Shown here piece by piece: positions 37,308 to 46,874 of a DNA stretch of 64,000 nucleotides. The stretch covers positions 384,001 through 448,000 of the forward strand of contig CBDCTZ010000005.1 in the NCBI GenBank assembly GCA_965222375.1, given 5' to 3'. This DNA is from Polyangiaceae bacterium. Its GTDB lineage: Bacteria; Myxococcota_A; Polyangia; Polyangiales; Polyangiaceae. The notes under the pieces are model-generated. The model saw only the letters and a program-made list of their open reading frames with translations, ran no database searches and had not been told where the DNA came from. Both the position numbers and the translations under genes were made by a program. Each line of letters opens with the position of its first letter. Position 1 is the first letter of the stretch.

Positions 37308-38126
37308 TTGAGCGACGTGCAGCGCGATGTGTTGGCGAGCGGCGTTCGCGTCCGTGTCGCTGATTGCGGAGATGGCTCTCCCATCATGCTTCTTCATGGC
37401 GCGTTGATGGACCATTCCACCTGGGCTGAGGTGGGTGGCATCCTCGGAGACCGTCACCGCTTGCTTGCACCAGACCTGCCCGGTTCTGGGGAAAGCGAGA
37501 AGCCGCCGCCAGCCCGTTTCGCCTACGGCATCGACGCATTCGCCCATACCGTTGCAGATCTATACGCCGGCCTGTCCCTCTCCCGAACGGCGCTCGTGGG
37601 TCATGGGCTCGGCGGCGCCGTCGCGCTGACTCTGGCCGCCAAACACCCCGAGCTCGTCGAGCGCCTGATCGTCGTCGACGCGTGGTGTTATCCGAGTCCA
37701 CCGCTGCTGGAGCAGCGGTTGGCCCAAACGCCCTTTCTGGGAGGTTTGGTGTTCAAGCAGTTGTGGAATCGAACGAGCTTTCGAAGCTTCTTCGCACGGC
37801 GGTTGGGGCATCGGGGCGCAATTCCCGTAGACCGGATCGACCGCTACTACGACGCCTTCAGCACTCCCGCGGCGAGGAGCTGCGCCCTTGCCACTCTGCG
37901 CGCTACAGTGGATACGCGCTCAGTGGCGGCGCAGGTCGGACGCATCCAAGCCAAAACGCTCGTGATCTGGGGTCGCCACGATGCCTGGATCCCTGCCGCC
38001 TTCGGCCGGCGGCTGTCTCGAGAAATCCGACACGCAGGCTTTCTGCTGCTCGACGCCGGGCATTGCCCCCAGGAAGAGCGGCCGGAGGAGGTGGCAAAGG
38101 CGATCACGGATTTCATCCAACGCTGA
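37308..38126 (+). CDS. Alpha/beta-hydrolase fold protein lacking the nucleophile
   Basis: LLHG, DLPGSGES, GHGLGG at the nucleophile elbow, WG..D, AGH. Confidence 0.85.
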   Translation: MSDVQRDVLASGVRVRVADCGDGSPIMLLHGALMDHSTWAEVGGILGDRHRLLAPDLPGSGESEKPPPARFAYGIDAFAHTVADLYAGLSLSRTALVGHGLGGAVALTLAAKHPELVERLIVVDAWCYPSPPLLEQRLAQTPFLGGLVFKQLWNRTSFRSFFARRLGHRGAIPVDRIDRYYDAFSTPAARSCALATLRATVDTRSVAAQVGRIQAKTLVIWGRHDAWIPAAFGRRLSREIRHAGFLLLDAGHCPQEERPEEVAKAITDFIQR

Positions 38127-38252
38127 CACACGCGACCTATACATCTATTTGATTTTATTGACTTTTTTTAAAGTACACCAGAAGCCCCGCACCTGCCGCT
38201 AGCTTTGGGGGTCGCCGGCTCACGCCGAAAAGTGCGATGAACACAGGTACGG

Positions 38253-39119
38253 ATGTGGGACCCCCGCGCCACTAGACGTTTCCTCGCCAACCGTGGGGCC
38301 ACGGTGGGCGTCGCACTCGTCGTGCTGCTGGTGCTGTTTGCGGCAATCGGACCGTGGCTTTCGGGTCAACCTCCGAACCTCAGCGACTTCGAACAGGGGC
38401 GCGATGCCTCGGGCAGGCTGGCGGGCTCCTCCGCCCGGCACTGGCTGGGCGTGGACCAACTGTTGCGCGATGTGTTCAGTCGCCTGGCCCACGGTGCGCG
38501 GGTGAGCCTGCTGGTCGCGTTCTTCGCGACCGGGATCTCGATCGCCGTCGGCGCCGTGGTCGGTCTGCTCGCTGGCTACGCCGAAGGCACGAGAGCCCAA
38601 GCCCTTGATACGGCGCTGATGCGATTCGTCGATATCGGCCTCTCCTTCCCGTACCTTCTCTTGGTCATGGCGATTGGCGCAGCCGTGGGCGACACGACCA
38701 TCGTGACCATCCTGTTGGTGCTAGGATTGACCAGCTGGTTCGGAACGGCTCGGATCATCCGAAGCAAGACGATTCAGATCCGGTCCCTGGACTTCATCGC
38801 TGCCTCTCGGGGCTTGGGTCAATCCACTCCGCGCATCCTGCTCGCCCACATCCTGCCCAACGTAGCCGGGCCGCTGATCGTCATCGCCAGCGCCTCTGTT
38901 GCTCAGATGATCATTGCCGAGAGCGTGCTCAGCTATCTGCAGGTAGGGCTCCCCCCACCCACGGCAACCTGGGGACGCATGCTGCAAGAAGGACAGCGGT
39001 ACTACACCTTGGCGCCGTGGTTGGTGATCGCGCCGGGCGTGATGATCTTTCTCTCGGTACTAGGCTTCAATCTGCTCGGGGAGGGCCTGCGCGATGCGCT
39101 CGATCCGCACGAAGATTGA
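38253..39119 (+). CDS. Peptide/nickel-type ABC transporter permease (OppC/DppC-like)
   Basis: HWLGVD..RD, GARVSL, EAA-like loop FIAASRGLG, HILPN, WGRML, FNLLGEGLRDALDP. Confidence 0.9.
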   Translation: MWDPRATRRFLANRGATVGVALVVLLVLFAAIGPWLSGQPPNLSDFEQGRDASGRLAGSSARHWLGVDQLLRDVFSRLAHGARVSLLVAFFATGISIAVGAVVGLLAGYAEGTRAQALDTALMRFVDIGLSFPYLLLVMAIGAAVGDTTIVTILLVLGLTSWFGTARIIRSKTIQIRSLDFIAASRGLGQSTPRILLAHILPNVAGPLIVIASASVAQMIIAESVLSYLQVGLPPPTATWGRMLQEGQRYYTLAPWLVIAPGVMIFLSVLGFNLLGEGLRDALDPHED

Positions 39120-40848
39120 GCTCTTCATCGCGAGCCTGGCATTACTGGGCTGCGAAGGACGAGTGGCACCGCCCATCGGCGTCGATCGCCCTGGGCCACC
39201 CCAGCGCGGCGGCACCTTGCGCACAGCATTCTTCACGGATGTGCGCTCTCTCGATGCGGCCACGGCGTTCGACACGGCCAGCGCTGCCATCGAGTCCCTC
39301 ATCTACGATCGCTTGGTTACCTACGACGCCAAAGGCAAGATCACTCCTCAGTTGGCCGAGAGCGTCGACGTCGAAGACGGCGCGAAGCGCTACGTGTTCA
39401 CGTTGCGCCGAGGCGTGCTCTTCCACGACGGCACGCCACTGACCGCGGCGGATGTCAAGCGCAGCATTCAGCGCTCGCTACACCACAAGACGCCCTGCCC
39501 GGTGCCCTCCTACTACGAGCGAATCGTCGGCTACAAAGCGTACCACGACGGCAAGGCCAAAGAACTGTCCGGCGTTCGCGTGGAAGGCGACCATGTGATC
39601 AGCATCCAGCTCACGGAGCCCGACGCCACCTTCCTGCACATCATGGCGTTGCCCATCGTAGCGCCGGTATGCAAGAGCGCGGGCGAGACTTGGGATAGGG
39701 ATTTTTCGAGCAACCCTTGCGGAACCGGCCCGTTCAAGGTGACACGCTACGACAACGGCCAGATCATCCGCGTCGTGCGTCACGATGGCTACTGGGAGAA
39801 CGGCAAACCCTACCTGGACGCGATCGAATGGTACTTGGCCATGCAATCGTTCACCCAGCGATTCAAGTTCGAGCGCGGAGATCTGGACTACATGCGCGAG
39901 TTCAGCGAAGCCGACTCACAGCTCTACCGAACCAGCCCTCAGTGGCGCGGCCGCGGCGAGTGGGGGGCCAGTCTGACTACGGTCGGGACCCTCATGAACA
40001 ACGAGATGGCGCCCTTCGACAACCGGCATTTCCGACGAGCGGTGGCCTTTGCAATCAACCGAGACCAAGTGGCCGCGATCCGACCCGGCCACGTGCAGGC
40101 ACACACCAAGATTGTACCCAACGCACTCATTCCGACCACGCCGGGCTACCCGGGCCAGCGCTACGACTACCAGCAGGCGTTAGAGGAGTTGAAGCTCGCG
40201 GGCTATCCCTACGATCCTGAGACCGGAAAGGGCGGCTACCCCCACGAGATCCCTTATCTCGCGATCATCGACTCCCACTCGGCTCAGGCCGCCGAGGTGT
40301 ATCAGCAACAGCTGGCGCGGATTGGGATCCGGATCCGCATCCAGCTGGTCGGCTGGCCCACGTACTTGGCCAGGAGCAGTCGACCCAAGACCGTTCCGAT
40401 GGGCTTCGTAGGGTGGCACGCCGACTTCCCCGACCCCAGCACTTTTTTCGAGCCGATTTTGGCCAGCAAGGCGATCCAGAAAGAGGAGAGCCAGAACGCC
40501 GCATTCTTTCGAAACAAGGAGCTGGACGCAGTTTTGGAGCGCGCCCGTCGCTCCGCTGACAACGCCGAGCGCCTACGCCTGTATCGCCGCGCCGAGGAGA
40601 TCGTCGCCGAGGAAGCACCCTGGGCCACGTCCTACGCCTACCGCTACTTCGAACTCTGGCATCCCTATGTTCACGGGTATCGCCCGCACCCGGTCATGAC
40701 CCAGTACGTTCGTGACATGTGGTTCGACGCTGCGGGTCGCAAAGTTGCGAGCGCACGGCGCTGCGGCTCAGCGCTGGCCATATCAGATCGGCGTTGCCGA
40801 AAGACGAGGGCGCGCACCACCCTGGCAGCTACGGGGCTCTTGCCATGA
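39094..40848 (+). CDS. ABC transporter family-5 substrate-binding lipoprotein (OppA/DppA-like)
   Basis: LLGC lipobox; PQLAES, FTLR.GV.FHDG, GTGPF, RRAVAFAINR. Confidence 0.9.
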   Translation: MRSIRTKIELFIASLALLGCEGRVAPPIGVDRPGPPQRGGTLRTAFFTDVRSLDAATAFDTASAAIESLIYDRLVTYDAKGKITPQLAESVDVEDGAKRYVFTLRRGVLFHDGTPLTAADVKRSIQRSLHHKTPCPVPSYYERIVGYKAYHDGKAKELSGVRVEGDHVISIQLTEPDATFLHIMALPIVAPVCKSAGETWDRDFSSNPCGTGPFKVTRYDNGQIIRVVRHDGYWENGKPYLDAIEWYLAMQSFTQRFKFERGDLDYMREFSEADSQLYRTSPQWRGRGEWGASLTTVGTLMNNEMAPFDNRHFRRAVAFAINRDQVAAIRPGHVQAHTKIVPNALIPTTPGYPGQRYDYQQALEELKLAGYPYDPETGKGGYPHEIPYLAIIDSHSAQAAEVYQQQLARIGIRIRIQLVGWPTYLARSSRPKTVPMGFVGWHADFPDPSTFFEPILASKAIQKEESQNAAFFRNKELDAVLERARRSADNAERLRLYRRAEEIVAEEAPWATSYAYRYFELWHPYVHGYRPHPVMTQYVRDMWFDAAGRKVASARRCGSALAISDRRCRKTRARTTLAATGLLP

Positions 40849-41840
40849 TCGCTCATCTACTCCGCCGCGTCGGTTGGTCCCTGTTCACCATCTGGGCAGT
40901 GATCACGAGTACCTTCCTGATCTACAACGTGCTGCCGGAGGACCCCGCGCGGGTCATTGCGGGCCCTCAGGCGCGGCCCGCGGACGTCGCGCGGATCCGG
41001 ACCCAACTCGGCCTCGATAAGCCCATCCTGCAGCGCTACGCACGCTACATGAGCGGATTGGTTTCCATCGGCGGGGGCCCCGCGGAACCCAAGAAAGACT
41101 CAGCTTGGAAAGTGGGTCCAGTGCGGATCGACCTGGGCGTCAGCTACTTGAAACGTCGACCCGTCGTGGTGCTGTTGAAGAAAGCGTTGCCTCCCACATT
41201 GCTGGTCGGTGTGTTGGCCATCGCGATTCAGGTCGCCATTGGCGCTCTCGGCGGGGTGGTTGCAGCGATGCGACGGCACACCGTATTCGATTGGGGCACG
41301 GTGGCGCTCACCCTCGTGGGCATCAGTGCGCCCACATTCCTCACCGGGCTCTTGTTGCAGCACTTCATGGCCAGGGAGCTCATGCTCTTCCCGCTGGACG
41401 GCTATGGCGAAACTACGGGCGAGCAGCTGCACTCCGCGATATTGCCAGCCATCACTCTCGGCCTATTCGGCGCCGCGTACTACACGCGCCTGGTGCGGGA
41501 CGAGATGATCACCCTGCTTAAGCAAGACTACGTCCGAACCGCCCGTGCCAAGGGTCAGCGAGAGTGGGTCGTGGTCTACAAGCACGCGCTGCGCAATGCT
41601 CTCATGCCTCTCGTCACCGTGGTCGGGCTCAGCATGGGCATGCTGGTCGGCGGCGCAATCGTGACGGAGAAGATCTTCCGCTGGCCGGGCATTGGCTCCT
41701 TGAGCGTCGACGCCATAGTCGAGCGAGATGGACCCGTAATCATGGGCGTGGTGATCCTATTTTCCACGGTGGTCGTTTTCGCGAACCTCTTGGTCGACGT
41801 TTCCTACGCCCTGCTCGACCCACGGGTTCGCAAGCGATGA
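40845..41840 (+). CDS. Peptide/nickel-type ABC transporter permease (OppB/DppB-like)
   Basis: LGLDKP, DLGVS, YVRTARAKG, HALRNA, EKIF.WPGIG, LDPRVR; ATGA overlap. Confidence 0.9.
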   Translation: MIAHLLRRVGWSLFTIWAVITSTFLIYNVLPEDPARVIAGPQARPADVARIRTQLGLDKPILQRYARYMSGLVSIGGGPAEPKKDSAWKVGPVRIDLGVSYLKRRPVVVLLKKALPPTLLVGVLAIAIQVAIGALGGVVAAMRRHTVFDWGTVALTLVGISAPTFLTGLLLQHFMARELMLFPLDGYGETTGEQLHSAILPAITLGLFGAAYYTRLVRDEMITLLKQDYVRTARAKGQREWVVVYKHALRNALMPLVTVVGLSMGMLVGGAIVTEKIFRWPGIGSLSVDAIVERDGPVIMGVVILFSTVVVFANLLVDVSYALLDPRVRKR

Positions 41841-41857
41841 GCGCCATGGACCGATAG

Positions 41858-42859
41858 TTAGAGCACCGGCGCTCGACCCGACGACATGGCAGCGGTGGGC
41901 GATTTTGGCGACGCAGCACGCACCTGACCCAAGAACCGCTTGCTGAAGTAGTAGGCGATGTGCTGACCATCGTCGTAGAAGACGCTCGTACGGGGGATCC
42001 AGAAGCTGGAACTGGCACCTCGCGCAACAGGCGCACCGCTGGCGCGAAACGCCGCACGATAGCCGACCCGCTCGACGTGCGCGGCGGAGCGATTGTCATA
42101 CGCCCCAAGGGGGTAGAAGTAGGCCACGGGCTCCGATCCAAGCTCGCGCCGAATGATCTCCCGGGAGAGCTCCAACTCTTCGTATAGGCGTCGGCCTTCG
42201 AGTCCGACCAAGCGGCGGTGCATGTGACCATGGCTGGCGATCTCGCACAGCCCGGAGGCAGTCATGCTCCGAATTTGGTCCCAGGTCATCACTGGAGCGT
42301 TCTTGGGCTCCTCGATCATTCCCGTCGGCACACCCAACGTGAACTTGACGCTGAGTTCACGCATGATGGGCCAAGCCTTTTCGTAGACGCTCTTGAGCCC
42401 GTCATCGATGGTGATCACCGCCACGCGCTTGGGCAACTGAATCCGACCCTCCAAAAAACTGAGCAATTGACTGGTGTGGACGATCTCCACCCCGGACTCG
42501 AGTAGCCAGCGAAGTTGCTTCTCGAAGTTTGAACTCCTCACGCTGAGCGGAGCCGAGCCACGATCGAAGGCGTGGTAGAGCAAGACGACGGCTCGGGTTT
42601 GCTCCGCATCGACGACCGGCTGAAGAAAGCTGGGCGCGGCGGGCGGCGGTGGCTTGTCTTCCGCGGGGGGCGGCGGCTTCTCGAGCGCTGGGGTAGCTTT
42701 CGCCACGACCGAGGGTTTGCGTGCGGACTGGGCAGCAGCTGCTTGGGGGGCCGCGGCAGCTGCGGGTCGGGCTGCCACCGCGGCAGGCGGTGGGGACGTG
42801 CAGCCGATCAATGCGGCGGCGAGAAAGGAAACGCGAGGCCCAACAGCTGAAAATTGCAT
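41858..42859 (-). CDS. Polysaccharide deacetylase (CE4/NodB, PgaB/IcaB-like) lipoprotein
   Basis: LIGC lipobox; LLYH, TIDDG, SHGHMH, FYPLG; start ATG 42859. Confidence 0.85.
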   Translation of the reverse strand: MQFSAVGPRVSFLAAALIGCTSPPPAAVAARPAAAAAPQAAAAQSARKPSVVAKATPALEKPPPPAEDKPPPPAAPSFLQPVVDAEQTRAVVLLYHAFDRGSAPLSVRSSNFEKQLRWLLESGVEIVHTSQLLSFLEGRIQLPKRVAVITIDDGLKSVYEKAWPIMRELSVKFTLGVPTGMIEEPKNAPVMTWDQIRSMTASGLCEIASHGHMHRRLVGLEGRRLYEELELSREIIRRELGSEPVAYFYPLGAYDNRSAAHVERVGYRAAFRASGAPVARGASSSFWIPRTSVFYDDGQHIAYYFSKRFLGQVRAASPKSPTAAMSSGRAPVL

Positions 42860-42905
42860 CCGATCAGGACGGTAACGAGCCCGTCCTGCTCGACCCAAGT
42901 TTTCG

Positions 42906-45290
42906 TCAGGGAGACGGAAAAGACGCGGTGGGGGGTTTTTCGCCGACCGGCGGCGGCGTCGGAGCCGGTGCGGGCGGCGGTGGCGGCGCTACGGGTCGTG
43001 GCTTCGGCCTTGGAACAGCCGCAACCGGCTTCGGGGGCTTGGGCTTGGGGGGCTTCGCCGCTGGGGGTTTGACGGGAGGCGGCTCAACGGGCGGCGCCGT
43101 CTCCACGGGAGGCGCCTCTGTACTAGGAGTGGGCACCACGGTCGGCGTGGGCGCCAGGGTCGGCACCGCCGTGGGTTGCGCGGCGGGCTTGGCCGGAGTG
43201 GGCGAGGCCGGCGCGGCGATAGCCGCAATCGGGGGCTCCTCTTCGCTCTGGCTCTTCTTGGAGCGAACTTGCCATAGGGCAACGCCGCCCACGGCGAGCA
43301 AGAAGCCGATCACTCCGGCAACGACGCGCTGCGACCGAGTTCGCCGCGCAATTTGGTCTGGTGTCAGAGAGGCACGAGATGAGTGCGCGGAATCCAGATC
43401 TTCGAACACGTCTGGCGGCGGGATCGTCGCGGGGCCACCCTCGTAGCGTCCCTCATCGCCCTCGGCGAAGAAGTCGTCGTGCCACTCTTCCTCCGCTGCC
43501 TTCTTGCCACCCCGCGGAGCCACCGCAGAGGCGGCCGCAGGCTCGACCTTTGGACGCTCCTTGGCGGGCGTTTTGGACTTGCTTGCCGCTGGCGCGGGCG
43601 CAGGTGTCTTGGGCTTGGCCGTTGCGGCCGCAGGCGTTGCAGGCCCTGCGGCGGTGGTGCTGGACTTGCGGCCCTTCCTCTTCTTCTTCCGGGTCTGAGG
43701 GCGCTTCGTCTTTCGTGCCAATTCGGACTCCTGATCCTCGGCCGGTATGTCGGCCTTCACTGACTCCCCCTGCTGGGCTTCTTCTTCGTCCCGCCGGGAA
43801 GCCGGGAAGGGTATCACGTTGCCCTGTGGGCCGAGGGCATCTGGCGTGGCCCTTGTTGTCGAGGGGCTGCTCCCATCCACCGCGCTCTTGGCGATGGCCA
43901 CGGCCGCGCGAGCGTCCGGCGTATCGGGTAGCGTGCTCGCGTCCGGCGTGCCTAGCCCAATGGCGGTGGTCGTCAGGGAAACCGGTCCTGAGCCGGTCTG
44001 GGTGAAGGTGAGCTCCTCCTCCGCGGGCACGTCGTCCTCTTGGAACGCTGGTGCACCCTCGGTGGCTGGAGCGTCTTCGTGGTTCGGATCGCTGGGAGGC
44101 ACGACAACGGGCACGCCCTTGGGCGGCTTGGCGTCAGGAACACCAACCCCCGGAATGGTCTGCCCGAGCGCTGCGGTCTGATCTATGTTCATGTCAGGCG
44201 CCGGCGGGCGCCATGACAGGGGCACGCCATCGGCGCCGAGTTCGACGGAAGCACGTGCCGGAACCACGACGTCTTCGCCCCCGGCGCGGTTCAGACGCAC
44301 ACCTGCGTCGGCCTCCACGCTGGGCACGACGGGTTCTTCGGTTTCTTTCAGCACCAAAAGCCCTTCAAAGAAGAGCTTGGTAATCGTCGATAGCGTCGAC
44401 AGATCCTCGAAGGGTGAATCGTCCACGACGTCGATCAGCATGCGCTTGCCGTCAAAGAGCTTCAGGATGCCGTTGAGCTCGTCCGGGATCTCGTTCAGGC
44501 GCGCCGACAGCTGGTCGTGGTCGATTTCGAATATCGTCTTCAAAGGCGGCAGTTGTTCGAGCAGCCGGCCCCATTCGTCGACCCGACGCATGCCCTCCAT
44601 CAGCAAGCCTTGAGTGGTCGTGGCGATCACGTCGTCGTTCGAGACGGGCTTGAACTCGACTTCGAAGCTGCCACTGCTCCATATCAACGCGCGGTAGACC
44701 GCTTCCTCCCCGCGCAACCGACCCAGCTCTGCGTCTACTACCTTGCCGTCTCGGAAGTAGATGAACGCCTCTCGACTTCCATCCATCATCTTCGCGGTGC
44801 CGCTCTTGCGGCTGACCTCGAAGGTCTGGATCAAATCGACGACACCCATGTCCTCCAGGGAGCCGGCCAAGCGCGTGCGGGCGCTAGCTGGAACCGTCGT
44901 CGCCATGCGTTCCTGGGTGCGCCTGGCTAGCAGGAGGTTGACCCGAGCGATCAGCTCACGAACGAAGATGGGTTTGGTTAGGTAGTCCTCTACCCCAAGC
45001 TCGAGGCCACGAATCTTGTCTTCGATTGACTTCTGACTTGTCAGGAAGACCACGGGGATGTTGCCGTGGTCCGCGTCTTCCTTCAGTCGGCGAACGAGAT
45101 CGTAGCCATCCAACCTGGGTAGCTTCGTATCCGTCAGCACTAAGTCCGGCGTGGAATACTGGATCTTGGCAAGCGCGTCGGCGCCGTCGGAGGCAGTCGT
45201 GACGCTATAGCCCGCCTTTTTTAGACTGACCTCCAAGACCCGCACGCTGCGCGGGTCTGCATCGACCAAGAGCAGCTGCCGTTTCGCCAC
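42906..45290 (-). CDS. Response regulator with DUF4388-like domain, long disordered region, TM and Pro-rich tail
   Basis: Receiver (LLVDAD, TD..LP..DG, TKP); GSL.DM...DLIQ...IYF.DG.VVDA...L.W..GSF...[29 protein letters not shown]. Confidence 0.85.
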   Translation of the reverse strand: MAKRQLLLVDADPRSVRVLEVSLKKAGYSVTTASDGADALAKIQYSTPDLVLTDTKLPRLDGYDLVRRLKEDADHGNIPVVFLTSQKSIEDKIRGLELGVEDYLTKPIFVRELIARVNLLLARRTQERMATTVPASARTRLAGSLEDMGVVDLIQTFEVSRKSGTAKMMDGSREAFIYFRDGKVVDAELGRLRGEEAVYRALIWSSGSFEVEFKPVSNDDVIATTTQGLLMEGMRRVDEWGRLLEQLPPLKTIFEIDHDQLSARLNEIPDELNGILKLFDGKRMLIDVVDDSPFEDLSTLSTITKLFFEGLLVLKETEEPVVPSVEADAGVRLNRAGGEDVVVPARASVELGADGVPLSWRPPAPDMNIDQTAALGQTIPGVGVPDAKPPKGVPVVVPPSDPNHEDAPATEGAPAFQEDDVPAEEELTFTQTGSGPVSLTTTAIGLGTPDASTLPDTPDARAAVAIAKSAVDGSSPSTTRATPDALGPQGNVIPFPASRRDEEEAQQGESVKADIPAEDQESELARKTKRPQTRKKKRKGRKSSTTAAGPATPAAATAKPKTPAPAPAASKSKTPAKERPKVEPAAASAVAPRGGKKAAEEEWHDDFFAEGDEGRYEGGPATIPPPDVFEDLDSAHSSRASLTPDQIARRTRSQRVVAGVIGFLLAVGGVALWQVRSKKSQSEEEPPIAAIAAPASPTPAKPAAQPTAVPTLAPTPTVVPTPSTEAPPVETAPPVEPPPVKPPAAKPPKPKPPKPVAAVPRPKPRPVAPPPPPAPAPTPPPVGEKPPTASFPSP

Positions 45291-45369
45291 GCGTCAGGCT
45301 TATAGCGGGCTCCTGGCGAGGGCGCCAGGTGGTGACACCTCTCCAGGGCGTCGACCCCGAAATTTCTCC

Positions 45370-46821
45370 TCATTCGCCCCAGGGATTCACGATGTCGCTA
45401 CCCGTGAAAGAGGCGGCTTTGGGCGACTTAGGGCGGGGCGCCGCGGCCGGCGCGGCGGGTTTCGGGGCCGTTTTGGCCGCTTGGGCGGGACGGTGAGGCA
45501 CCGCAGGGGCCGGCTTGGCACTCGCAGCGGTGGCCGATGGGGTCATCGGGGGCCTCGCCGGCACGGGGTCCGGCGCGGGCTCGGGCTGGGACGACGGCTC
45601 GGGTGAGACTCGAGCCGCGCTCGGCGCCAGCGTCGGGCTCGGCGCCACGGCATGAGGCGCCCTACTCCGGTAGGCCGTGTACGCGAGACCCAGAGTGATG
45701 CCCCCCAGGGCAGCGGCGACCCACACCAGACGCCGCCGAGATGGCCGCATGGAGGCCGGAGGGAGACCAGAGCGGGTCAGGTCCGGCTCCGACGTCTGTG
45801 CCGTAACAGGGGCCGGTGGGCGCTCGGACAGCGATGCTGGCGAAAGCTCCGACAGAACCTGCACCAGCTCCCCCATGGACGCGTAGCGATCGTCCGGCTT
45901 CTTCTCCAAGCACCGCATGACGATGCGATCGAGAACCGGCGACGGGTCCCGCGCACCCGACGCGGTGCTCGGCGCCGGCGGCACTTCGTACATGTGCTTG
46001 GACAGAACCCCCATGAAGCTATCCGCCTCAAAGGGCAGCCACCCCACAAGCATTTCGTACATCACGATGCCCAGAGCGTAAATGTCTACGCGATGGTCCG
46101 CGGGATCCCCTGCGGCCTGTTCCGGGCTCATGTAGTGGGGTGTTCCGAACACCATCCCTTTGCGGGTGAACCGGCTGGTCCCCGCCACTTTGGCGAGCCC
46201 GAAGTCCAAAACCTTGATGATGTCGCCGGCGGGCGACGGCACGACTTGGACGTTGTCGGGTTTCAAGTCCCGATGCACCACCCCCGACCCGTGGGCCGCC
46301 GCCAGAGCTTCAGCGATCTGGCGCGCGATGTTGGCCGCCCGCGCCATGGGCAGGGGCCCACTCTCACGCATCACTCGTCCTAAGGGGTGCCCTTCCACGA
46401 GCTCCATGACGAAGTAAGGTTGGCCCGACGGAAGGTTGCCAAAGTCGGTGATTTGCACGACGTGGGGGTGGGCGATCCGTGCCGCGGCCTTGGCCTCTTG
46501 GGTGAATCGCGGCGCGAGTTCTGGGTCCTCCGCCAGGTCGCGACGCAACGCCTTGAGAGCGAAAGCCCGCCCCAACGAGGTGTGGCGAACCTGGTAGACG
46601 GTGCCCATGCCCCCTTCGCCCAGCACACCCTCGATGGCGTAGCGATCGTCGATGACCGAACCGATGAGTGGATCGCCCGTGGGGTCCCATTCAGGCGCGG
46701 CGCTGAGGGGCTCGCCGTCGAAGGGACAGAATCGAGCGTCCCCAGAGAAGTGCTGTCCACAAACGCCACACGCCGACGCGCTGCGCTCGCCCTCGAATTG
46801 GAGCAGAGTTTGTTTGGGCAC
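45370..46821 (-). CDS. Membrane Ser/Thr kinase with N-terminal zinc ribbon
   Basis: CGVCG...FCPFDG; GEGGMG, ALK, HRDLKPDN, DFG, GTPHYMSPE; TM; C-terminal IVNPW. Confidence 0.92.
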   Translation of the reverse strand: MPKQTLLQFEGERSASACGVCGQHFSGDARFCPFDGEPLSAAPEWDPTGDPLIGSVIDDRYAIEGVLGEGGMGTVYQVRHTSLGRAFALKALRRDLAEDPELAPRFTQEAKAAARIAHPHVVQITDFGNLPSGQPYFVMELVEGHPLGRVMRESGPLPMARAANIARQIAEALAAAHGSGVVHRDLKPDNVQVVPSPAGDIIKVLDFGLAKVAGTSRFTRKGMVFGTPHYMSPEQAAGDPADHRVDIYALGIVMYEMLVGWLPFEADSFMGVLSKHMYEVPPAPSTASGARDPSPVLDRIVMRCLEKKPDDRYASMGELVQVLSELSPASLSERPPAPVTAQTSEPDLTRSGLPPASMRPSRRRLVWVAAALGGITLGLAYTAYRSRAPHAVAPSPTLAPSAARVSPEPSSQPEPAPDPVPARPPMTPSATAASAKPAPAVPHRPAQAAKTAPKPAAPAAAPRPKSPKAASFTGSDIVNPWGE

Positions 46822-46874
46822 GAAACCTCGAGCAGACTAGCTCGAATCTCCGCACTGGTCATGGTCGACCCGGC

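Noticed and set aside
38138..38176. NikR operator before the ABC transporter
   Set aside because: No GTATGA-N16-TCATAC-like dyad; more simply an AT-rich promoter element
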